DNA of 64,000 nt from positions 11,119-75,118 of the forward strand of contig JAFWNC010000008.1 of assembly GCA_017510525.1 (NCBI GenBank), written 5' to 3'. The position numbers and the translations under genes are program-made. Of the stretch, positions 57,801 through 64,000 are shown piece after piece; position 1 is the stretch's first letter; every line of letters starts with the position of its first letter. This DNA is from Clostridia bacterium (GTDB lineage: Bacteria > Bacillota > Clostridia > TANB77 > CAG-508). The notes beneath the pieces were generated by a model. It saw only the letters and a list, made by a program, of their open reading frames with translations, did not search any database and was not told the DNA's origin.

Positions 57801-59880
57801 ATTCGTAACTTATGAAGTTGATAAAGGTGGAGCAGAAAATCCAACAAGAAACTTATTAGGTGAAAAGAATAATGTAGCTGAAATTGCAAGTTACTCAAGT
57901 TATAACTTAGATGGAAGTGTAGCTGGTAAAATCGATAGAGATTCAGCTCCAAATAATATTAAGTTAGATAAAGTAACTGATAAAGCTTGGTATGAAGATG
58001 ATACAGAATCTGCACCAGCTATTAAGATTGAACTTACAGACTTTGTAAACAGAGAAATAAATGGTGTTGTTTGGGAAGATAAAGAAACTAATACAATTAA
58101 GTTTGACCAAAAAGTAGCTAATGGTTACTTAGATGATGATGAAACTAGAATTCCAGATGTTGATGTAGAATTAGTTGAAAAGATTACAGTTGACGGAAAA
58201 GAATATGAACACATTTGGAAAAATGAAGATATTAAGAATTTCAAAGATGTAAATCCTGAAAATTATGAATTAGATGTAACTACAAATGATGATGGTGAAT
58301 ATACATTCAAAGGTGTTCTTGCTGGTAACTATGTAGTAAGATTTAAATATGGTAATAAAGATTCACTTGCTAAATATAATGGACAAGATTACAAAAATAC
58401 AGCTTATGAAGCAGGATTAACAGATTTAAATCAAGAATGGCAAGATATTAAATCAGATGCAGAAGTAAATAATAGAGATAGAAGAGTATCAGATGCTAGA
58501 GATTATGAACCACAAAGAATGAGAGTTATAGCATATTCTAAGACAATTGATAATAACAAGGGTACAATATTAGAAAGTGCTGATAATGGAGCAGATCATA
58601 GTGAATTAATTAAGAATACTCAAATGGTTGCTAATACAGCTAAATTAAACTTAGAGATTGAACATCCTGATTATATTACAGAGAACAAATTAACTGATGG
58701 TACTGTTGAAAGAAAATATGTTGTAAACGGAATTGACTTCGGTTTAGAGCAAAGATCTGAAACAGCTATTGAGTTAAGCAAGAATATTTCTAAGATTACA
58801 TTAATGAAGAATGACGGAATAGATACAATCATGGAAGTAATTATTAATGAAGATGGATCAATTGATTTTGAAAAATCAATTCAAGGTGATAAACTAATCA
58901 ATATAGCTCAAGTTGGAAATACTCAGGGTATTAGATTTGCTAATATTGAAAAATCATACTTAAATAATATGTCAATTAGTTTAGAGTATACAATTAAAGC
59001 TAAAAATACTTCTGAAGTTGACTGGACAGGTGATATTGCTGATTTAGCAACAAGTGAAATCTCAGCAAAAGCTGATGAATTAGCAGATACTTATGATATC
59101 CCTGGTGGAGTTACTTATGGTAGATATGTAGGTAATAACTACTATACAAATACAAATAATAATTCTGATAGAATTGTTAAGACAAATGTAAATCAAATAA
59201 TTGATTACATTGATAATGATATTGGAATGGACGTTAAAGCAAACCAAAATGTTGAAAACCATGCTTGGAAAAATGTTAAAGCAGATGAATTAAGAAGAGT
59301 TCTAGCTGATAGCGTATATAATACAGAAGGTAAGATCGTTGACAATAAAGGAATATCTTTCGAAGGAAATGGTAAATCTAATATAGTTGTAACAGAAGAC
59401 GGAAACTATAATCCAGATGTAGTTGCTGAGTTAGTTCCTACAAGTGCAGCAAGTGAAGGAAAAACAACAGGAAGAATTAAGATTACAACATCTAAGACAA
59501 CATCATCAGATGCTGATTCAAGTGATTTGAACTTCAACAATATGGTTGAAATCTTAAGTTACTCTAATACAGTAGGTAGAAGAGATATGAATGCAGTTCC
59601 TGGTAACGCAGAAATTTCTAGAGGTGCTTATGAAGCAGCAACAGGATATAAGAACAATACTCTAATTGCTGACTATGAAGGTGCTAAAGAAATAAACGGA
59701 CAACATCTAAACGGTGAGAGAGATACAGCTGCTGCAGACTTATTAACATTCACTGAACCTACAGGTTTAGATGTACAAGAAGAAACTACAACAAATTATA
59801 TGGTTGCAATTCTAAGTGCTTCAATAGTAATTGCTGCAGGAATAATGGTTACAATGTTATTTGTATTCAAAAGAAAATAA
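54805..59880 (+). CDS. giant secreted surface protein D (1691 aa), paralogue of B
   Basis: Starts 1 nt after the C stop. Signal peptide. N-terminal domain with LLCSEEG and YVQQAWW (matches the thioester Gln motif hydrophobic-Q-[DENQ]-hydrophobic-hydrophobic-W). PT-rich linker plus DDDDDDD. CnaB-like GVVWEDKETN...GNYVVRFKYGNKD. C-terminus ...LTFTEPTGLD, then 12 polar residues, a TM segment, and KRK. Confidence 0.8.
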   Translation: MNRKKIFIEILIFILITALAAIGYNVTAAITTEMASKGIGYPSGYPTITLSDLINNYNLLCSEEGRALPGSSATTVVSGKRSKDIPYPSYGQVAFTTGETKSSRNPFSYAESETLSRYKTSGPVTAVPEEAYILSEMTENTNGNTGVFYNVTDVRYEGEIIDSYAIPVRDESDYIYGVDLDSNGEPTAYVVKEESDYYYVDINQVGSDYFPYTYVQQAWWSSPAGSTGNPVTQNDFSVEAKEFDKYIKSVRKGTDTVDKTVTVNGTTVTVPAPIIDYQVTSTMNNATVNYNEETRKYLIGPFTLNFPEWVTTSTDRGEVRFAGISNMDLKGIQVNGSSSQEITIDHSNWDIQYSNVREESGALSEYPHDGEEFYIVLDYIEGVTKISDIKVDFKYMNAGATYENLTGKYNIVSWTPKTEVVSDGEWPIYIHTLECTAIDSKTSQKLALGVEAARWYEHADYSLFNGDLVVKDEPIPTPTPVITPNPITPTPGRTIPPYTADDDDDDDYSRKKKKVIELTIPIEGEVWIDTKQDKANGNVTEGKRDDGEKGYKNAEVYVYKVYKNNGTEVKRELAKIYEKDNDKELSFPIYTDENGKYTIPKILVPGTEDKNNKYDIEYDVVFKFDGQTYTASNPLPTANGDAKTYINASRAEKDSKYASDSLASENATERDTYNKKFETITGDKAMDDSGNTEGKAGNLKLDYTSEAVTYKDNTKRRSKLTTLDSNGHIIEQYKMIASTANTGIYVPVNHEITKDNADSVTSTVDKHGNKTTTTYHTIYNYMKHINLAVKEREESDLGVLKDLYKAKIVVNEKEITKKFNTLVDFEDAKYAEFLNIQLENAQTKSYKLGLYNSDYEYRSTVYEKEVDQVKAVKTGETGSLTDTNLRVFLTYKIAVFNEGSYDMVINDLNDYYDKTFTLVTEEQKANIVDGDTRTAKVVAEPSYYRVIGSTESPKYDYTSNGMTRFDWASSEATANDSYKKGNITSFSGLKLHPGEQLQLFVTYEVDKGGAENPTRNLLGEKNNVAEIASYSSYNLDGSVAGKIDRDSAPNNIKLDKVTDKAWYEDDTESAPAIKIELTDFVNREINGVVWEDKETNTIKFDQKVANGYLDDDETRIPDVDVELVEKITVDGKEYEHIWKNEDIKNFKDVNPENYELDVTTNDDGEYTFKGVLAGNYVVRFKYGNKDSLAKYNGQDYKNTAYEAGLTDLNQEWQDIKSDAEVNNRDRRVSDARDYEPQRMRVIAYSKTIDNNKGTILESADNGADHSELIKNTQMVANTAKLNLEIEHPDYITENKLTDGTVERKYVVNGIDFGLEQRSETAIELSKNISKITLMKNDGIDTIMEVIINEDGSIDFEKSIQGDKLINIAQVGNTQGIRFANIEKSYLNNMSISLEYTIKAKNTSEVDWTGDIADLATSEISAKADELADTYDIPGGVTYGRYVGNNYYTNTNNNSDRIVKTNVNQIIDYIDNDIGMDVKANQNVENHAWKNVKADELRRVLADSVYNTEGKIVDNKGISFEGNGKSNIVVTEDGNYNPDVVAELVPTSAASEGKTTGRIKITTSKTTSSDADSSDLNFNNMVEILSYSNTVGRRDMNAVPGNAEISRGAYEAATGYKNNTLIADYEGAKEINGQHLNGERDTAAADLLTFTEPTGLDVQEETTTNYMVAILSASIVIAAGIMVTMLFVFKRK

Positions 59881-59892
59881 CAATCCTATAAT

Positions 59893-59943
59893 ATAGAAAA
59901 GAAAAGGCGCACGTCAATATGCCAGACGAGCGTCTTTTCTTTT
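59893..59943. terminator. putative A/T-flanked hairpin after the C-D operon
   Basis: gaaaagaaaaggcgcacgtcaatatgccagacgagcgtcttttctttt. Confidence 0.35.
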
Positions 59944-59970
59944 AAATTAATAAATGGAATAGAGAAATCT

Positions 59971-60000
59971 GTAGGGGCCGGGTTCCATCCCCGCCCTATT
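59971..60000. repeat. REP-like element, family 1
   Basis: gtaggggccgggttccatccccgccctatt. Confidence 0.6.
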
Positions 60001-60060
60001 GAAAAACAAACATTTTTCTTGTATAATATATAAAAATTAAAAATAAGGGGAATATTTTAA

Positions 60061-60930
60061 ATGGATAGATTGATTAGATGTTTAGCGTATGGAGGAAAGG
60101 TTAGTGTTACTTTGATTTCTTCTAGTGAATTGGTTGAAAAGGCGAGAGTGACTCATGATTTAACTCCTACAACTACAGCAGCTCTTGGACGTTTATTAAC
60201 AATTGGTGAGTTAATTGGAGCTGGACTTAAAAATGATAAAGAGAGTTTTACAATTCAGGTAAAAGGCGATGGTCCTATTGGAAATTGTGTTTGTGTTGTA
60301 AATTATGGATTAAAAATTAAGGGATATGTTCAAAATCCTTTAGTAGAACTTCCTTTAAAGGAAAACGGAAAAATTGACGTTGGTGGAGCTGTTGGTAGAA
60401 ATGGATTTATTAATGTTATTAAAGATATGGGAATGAAAGAGCCTTATGTTGGTGTTACTCCAATTGTAACAGGTGAAATTGCTGAGGATTTTGTTAGATT
60501 TTTTGCTGAGTCTGAGCAACAGCCTTCTGTTGTTTCGTTAGGCGTTTTAGTTGATAAAGATGGTGTTAAATCAAGTGGAGGGTATTTAGTTACATTAATG
60601 CCTGATGCTGATGAAGATGTTATTTCTAGGTTGGAAGAGAACCTTAATAAGGTTCCACCAATTAGTAGTATGCTTGAAAAAAATGCAAGTTTGGAAGAGA
60701 TTGCAGAAATTGTTACCGGTGATTCAAATATTTTTGTTCTAGAGGGAGAAGATGTTCCTAAATTTGTTTGCGATTGTAATAGAGAAAGGTTTGAAAGAGG
60801 ATTGATTTCTCTTGGAAAAGAGGAATTAAAGAATGTTTTGAAAACCGATAATAAGATTGAAACAGTTTGTAATTTTTGTGGAAAAAAATATGTGTTTAAT
60901 AAAGATGATATAGAAAAATTGATGATGTAG
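60061..60930 (+). CDS. hslO: Hsp33 redox-regulated chaperone
   Basis: 289 aa. C-terminal zinc centre CDCNRERF...CNFCGKKY. Confidence 0.85.
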   Translation: MDRLIRCLAYGGKVSVTLISSSELVEKARVTHDLTPTTTAALGRLLTIGELIGAGLKNDKESFTIQVKGDGPIGNCVCVVNYGLKIKGYVQNPLVELPLKENGKIDVGGAVGRNGFINVIKDMGMKEPYVGVTPIVTGEIAEDFVRFFAESEQQPSVVSLGVLVDKDGVKSSGGYLVTLMPDADEDVISRLEENLNKVPPISSMLEKNASLEEIAEIVTGDSNIFVLEGEDVPKFVCDCNRERFERGLISLGKEELKNVLKTDNKIETVCNFCGKKYVFNKDDIEKLMM

Positions 60931-60970
60931 GGGCGACCATTAGTCGTCCGTGGACGTGGTTTACCACGCC
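60927..60970. repeat. composite REP-like element
   Basis: gtaggggcgaccattagtcgtccgtggacgtggtttaccacgcc. Confidence 0.6.
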
Positions 60971-61014
60971 AATATAAATAAAAACAAAAAATAAAATAAA
61001 TGGAGGTGCTTTTT

Positions 61015-61263
61015 ATGGAGTTTTCATATCAACCGAAGGGAGTTTGTTCATATAATATGAAATTTGTAGTTGATGGAGATATTATAAAAGAAGTGGTAAT
61101 TGAAGGTGGTTGTATGGGAAATACAGCTGGTATTTCAAAGCTTCTTATTGGAATGAAGGTTGAAGATGCAATTAAAAGATTAAAGGGGATTGACTGTAGA
61201 GGTAGAGGGACTTCTTGCCCAGATCAAATTGCAAAAGCTTTAGAAAAGTATATGGAAGGGTAG
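61015..61263 (+). CDS. TSCPD-domain protein (TIGR03905-like)
   Basis: CRGRGTSCPDQIAKAL. Start MEFSYQPKG follows GGAGGTG. Confidence 0.7.
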   Translation: MEFSYQPKGVCSYNMKFVVDGDIIKEVVIEGGCMGNTAGISKLLIGMKVEDAIKRLKGIDCRGRGTSCPDQIAKALEKYMEG

Positions 61264-61327
61264 GGGCGAATCCCTTATTTCCCAGGAAATCGACTGAAAA
61301 TGTAACAAAAATGTAATATAAAAAACA

Positions 61328-61355
61328 TTGACAAAAGTGTTTTCTAACGTATAAT
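61328..61355 (+). promoter_or_regulatory. consensus sigma-A promoter TTGACA-16-TATAAT
   Basis: ttgaca 61328-61333, tataat 61350-61355. About 35 nt upstream of the 61388 gene. Confidence 0.55.
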
Positions 61356-61387
61356 GAGTTGGTCTTTAGATCGAAAAAAGGAGATTT

Positions 61388-62047
61388 TTGTCGGAAATGG
61401 AAAATATAATTGTTAATGTTGAAAATGAATTTATGAAATTAAACTCAAAAACTATTAATGAGTATTCTAGCGTTATAGGGGATTTAGACTTTAATAATAT
61501 AAAAATATTGAATTTTGAAGATGAGAATAAGACTGTAAATTTCTTGTTCTATGGTTCTGATTTCTTCGCATATAATAGAGTTAATTTTAAGAATGATTAT
61601 GAGTATAATAAAGGCAAAGATTATATTGAAATTAGCGAAAACTTAAATACTAAAATTCAAAAGATTCCAAATGTTGCTAAAACAAGAGGAATTTTGAAGA
61701 TTGATGATATTGAAGCTAGAATATATGATATGGGTGAATACATTTTATTATTAACAAGAGATGAAACAAGAATATTAAAGGTTAAAGCTGAAGGTGACAT
61801 TAGTGATATTACGTATACTAAACCTGAAGTACAAATTGACAAAATTAAAGAAAATATCGACTTGCTAATATTAGAAGAAGAGGCTAGATTAAAGGAAGAA
61901 AGAAGTTTTAAGAATAAAATCAAAAGAATTAAAATTAAAATTACAAATTATGTATCAGAGCCAATTAGATTTATAAGACAAAAATTATTTAAAACTAGTG
62001 AAATTAAGATGTTAAGTGAAGGAAAACATAGTATATTTGATAAATAA
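61388..62047 (+). CDS. hypothetical protein, 219 aa
   Basis: TTG start at 61388 (or ATG at 61397) after AAAAGGAG. No family recognised. Confidence 0.5.
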   Translation: MSEMENIIVNVENEFMKLNSKTINEYSSVIGDLDFNNIKILNFEDENKTVNFLFYGSDFFAYNRVNFKNDYEYNKGKDYIEISENLNTKIQKIPNVAKTRGILKIDDIEARIYDMGEYILLLTRDETRILKVKAEGDISDITYTKPEVQIDKIKENIDLLILEEEARLKEERSFKNKIKRIKIKITNYVSEPIRFIRQKLFKTSEIKMLSEGKHSIFDK

Positions 62048-62051
62048 TTGT

Positions 62052-62095
62052 ATGGGCGACCATTGGTCGTCCGAGGGTGGGGCTTGTCCCCACCA
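62052..62095. repeat. composite REP-like element
   Basis: gggcgaccattggtcgtccgagggtggggcttgtccccacc. Confidence 0.65.
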
Positions 62096-62117
62096 AATAA
62101 TTTAAAAATATCTTTAA

Positions 62118-62146
62118 AAACAACCTTGTAAGGGTTGTTTTTTTTA
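62118..62146 (+). terminator. intrinsic terminator
   Basis: aaacaaccttgtaagggttgttt followed by T7. Confidence 0.6.
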
Positions 62147-62193
62147 GGTTTTTATTATATAATTTTATCCGTTATGAAGGGAGAGTAGAGATT

Positions 62194-62496
62194 ATGGAAA
62201 ATGAGAAAGTTCAGATTTCTGATGAAGAGATTCTTCATATTGCTAAGCTTGCTAGAATTAAGCTTGGTGATAATGAGATTCAGGATTATAAAAAGAATTT
62301 GGAAGAGATTTTAGATTTTGCTAATATTGTTAATTCTGTTGATACTGAGAATATTGGTGAAACAATTGGTGTTAATGAGAATTATAATCGTTTTAGAGCT
62401 GATGTTGTTACTAATAAAGAGATGAGAGATAAATTGTTACAGAATGCGCCTAGTCAAGATGAGGGAATGTTTAGAATTCCAAAGGTTATTTCGTAG
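62194..62496 (+). CDS. gatC: Asp-tRNA(Asn)/Glu-tRNA(Gln) amidotransferase subunit C
   Basis: 100 aa. ILHIAKLARIKL...EILDFANIVNSVDTENI. Confidence 0.85.
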   Translation: MENEKVQISDEEILHIAKLARIKLGDNEIQDYKKNLEEILDFANIVNSVDTENIGETIGVNENYNRFRADVVTNKEMRDKLLQNAPSQDEGMFRIPKVIS

Positions 62497-62539
62497 AAAA
62501 ATATATTGAGATTATATATTATTTTTTTTTACCCCTTGC

Positions 62540-62680
62540 TGTCACAGCCCGTATCCTACAAATTTTCAATAAATTGAAAATTTGAGTATTTCATCTGATA
62601 GGGCTGCTTCAATCGCACTCGATTCTTACGAATCTCGTTTGGTCGCTGCGCGGGGATTTCAAAAAATAATATATAATCTC
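62540..62680. other. structured GC-containing spacer between gatC and gatA
   Basis: Nested IRs cagccc...caaattttcaat aa attgaaaatttg...gggctg and cgattcttacgaatctcg. Unusual for the normally compact gatCAB operon. Confidence 0.3.
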
Positions 62681-62709
62681 ATGATATAATAAAGAAAGAG
62701 AGGTTTTTT

Positions 62710-64000
62710 ATGAATATTACTGATTTGACTGTGCATGAGCTTATCGATTTGCTTGATAAGAAGGAGATTACTTCTCAAGAGATTGTTAAGGCTTATGCTG
62801 ATAGAATTGATGAGAAAGAGAAGGATGTACAGGCTTTTGTTACTGTTACAACTGATGATGCTAGTAAAATGGCTGAAAAAATTGATAGTGAAGGTAGAAA
62901 TGGTAAATTTTCAGGAATTCCTATTGGAATTAAGGATAATATTAATATTGATGGTGTGAAGACTACATGTAGCTCTAGAATGCTTGAGAATTTCGTCTCA
63001 CCTTATAATGCTACTGTAATAGACAAATTACACGCTGAGGGGTTAATTTCGCTAGGAAAGCTAAATATGGACGAATTTGCTATGGGTGGTTCTACAGAGC
63101 ACTCATATTTCCATAATACATGTAATCCATGGGATTTAAATAAGGTTCCAGGTGGCTCTTCAGGAGGAAGTGCTGCTGCTGTTGCTGCTAATTTAGTTCC
63201 TTGGGCTTTAGGAAGTGATACTGGTGGTTCTATTCGCCAACCTGCTTCATTTTGCGGTATAGTTGGTTTAAAACCTACATATGGATTAGTTTCTAGATAT
63301 GGTTTAGTTGCTTTTGCATCTTCACTTGATCAAATCGGTCCTTTAACAAAGGACGTAACTGATTCAGCAATGTTATTGAACTTGATTGCTGGTTATGATG
63401 AAAAAGATAGTACTTCTGTTAATATTGAGAAAAAAGATTATACTAAAGCTTTAGTAAAAGATGTTAAAGGTTTAAAAATTGCTGTTCCAAAGGAATTTTT
63501 AGCTGAGGGTGTTAATGAAGAAGTTAAAAATGCAATTTTAGAGGCTGCTGAAACATATAAAAAGCTTGGTGCTACTGTTGAAGAGTGCTCTTTAGATATT
63601 GGAAAAGAGGCATTAGCTGTTTATTATATTATTGCTTGTGCTGAAGCTAGTTCAAATTTAGGTAGATTTGATGGAATTAGATATGGTTATAGAGCTGAGA
63701 ATTTTGATAATTTAAGAGAAATCTATATTAATTCAAGAACAGAGGGATTTGGACCAGAGGTTAAGAGAAGAATTATTTTAGGTACTTATGTTTTATCTTC
63801 AGGTTATTATGATGCTTATTATAAAAAAGCTCAAAAGGTTAGAACTGTTATAAGAGATGAATATCAAAGATTATTTGAGAAATATGATATTATTTTAACT
63901 CCAACTTCTCCAACTGTTGCTTTTGGTATTGGTGAGAAATCTAATAATCCTTTAGAGATGTATTTGGCTGATATTTGTACAGTTCCTGTAAATATTGCTG
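62710..64000 (+). CDS. gatA: glutamyl-tRNA(Gln) amidotransferase subunit A, N-terminal 430 aa; continues past the window end
   Basis: [15 protein letters not shown]... Amidase signature [22 protein letters not shown]. No stop codon within the window. Confidence 0.85.
   Translation, partial: MNITDLTVHELIDLLDKKEITSQEIVKAYADRIDEKEKDVQAFVTVTTDDASKMAEKIDSEGRNGKFSGIPIGIKDNINIDGVKTTCSSRMLENFVSPYNATVIDKLHAEGLISLGKLNMDEFAMGGSTEHSYFHNTCNPWDLNKVPGGSSGGSAAAVAANLVPWALGSDTGGSIRQPASFCGIVGLKPTYGLVSRYGLVAFASSLDQIGPLTKDVTDSAMLLNLIAGYDEKDSTSVNIEKKDYTKALVKDVKGLKIAVPKEFLAEGVNEEVKNAILEAAETYKKLGATVEECSLDIGKEALAVYYIIACAEASSNLGRFDGIRYGYRAENFDNLREIYINSRTEGFGPEVKRRIILGTYVLSSGYYDAYYKKAQKVRTVIRDEYQRLFEKYDIILTPTSPTVAFGIGEKSNNPLEMYLADICTVPVNIA

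Noticed and set aside
35643-59262. About 20 short ORFs in both orientations inside the four giant genes
   Set aside because: Alternative-frame noise in long Asn/Lys/Thr-rich coding regions.
61000-61014. Upstream ATG at 61000 for the TSCPD gene
   Set aside because: It overlaps the RBS GGAGGTG. The ATG at 61015 has proper spacing.
62735-62959. ORF 62735..62959
   Set aside because: Out-of-frame within gatA, which starts at 62710 and runs past the window end.
1-64000. tRNA, rRNA, CRISPR arrays, transposase or integrase genes, restriction or other defence systems
   Set aside because: Searched for by eye. No cloverleaf-like GC-rich 75-nt blocks, no regularly spaced direct repeats, and no recognisable recombinase or defence ORFs.

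Overview
This is a low-GC (about 29%) chromosomal segment from an endospore-forming Firmicute, most likely Clostridia. Almost all genes are on the + strand. Core housekeeping and sporulation genes run in order: murA (partial), spoIIR, a fused UDP-sugar pyrophosphorylase/phosphoglucomutase gene, spoIIE, a SAM riboswitch plus metK, acpS, cwlD-like amidase, an HD-GYP protein, smc, tatD, prfA, an acyl-CoA ligase, a ZIP transporter, pcrA, two CotF-like coat genes, an M23 peptidase, radC, mreC, mreD, PBP2 and minC. About 26 kb then separates minC from hslO, a TSCPD protein and gatC/gatA (partial). That 26 kb block starts with a perfect 105-bp hairpin palindrome and three small minus-strand genes. 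It then carries two paralogous, translationally coupled two-gene operons. Each operon encodes a roughly 1600-aa DUF11/CnaB-repeat secreted protein followed by a 1700-3000-aa secreted protein. The second-type proteins have N-terminal motifs resembling Cys-Gln thioester adhesin domains. All four giant proteins end in non-canonical xTG sorting-like signals, then a membrane-spanning segment and a basic tail. No sortase is present in the window. mreB is absent between radC and mreC, and minD/minE are absent after minC. Two families of GC-rich palindromic intergenic repeats are scattered across the window. One family is REP-like with GTAGGGGC...GCCCCTAC termini (about 22 copies). The other is TAGCGGAGAACT-NN-AGTTCTCCAT. 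A 6S-RNA-like structured element lies downstream of smc. No tRNA, rRNA or CRISPR was seen.
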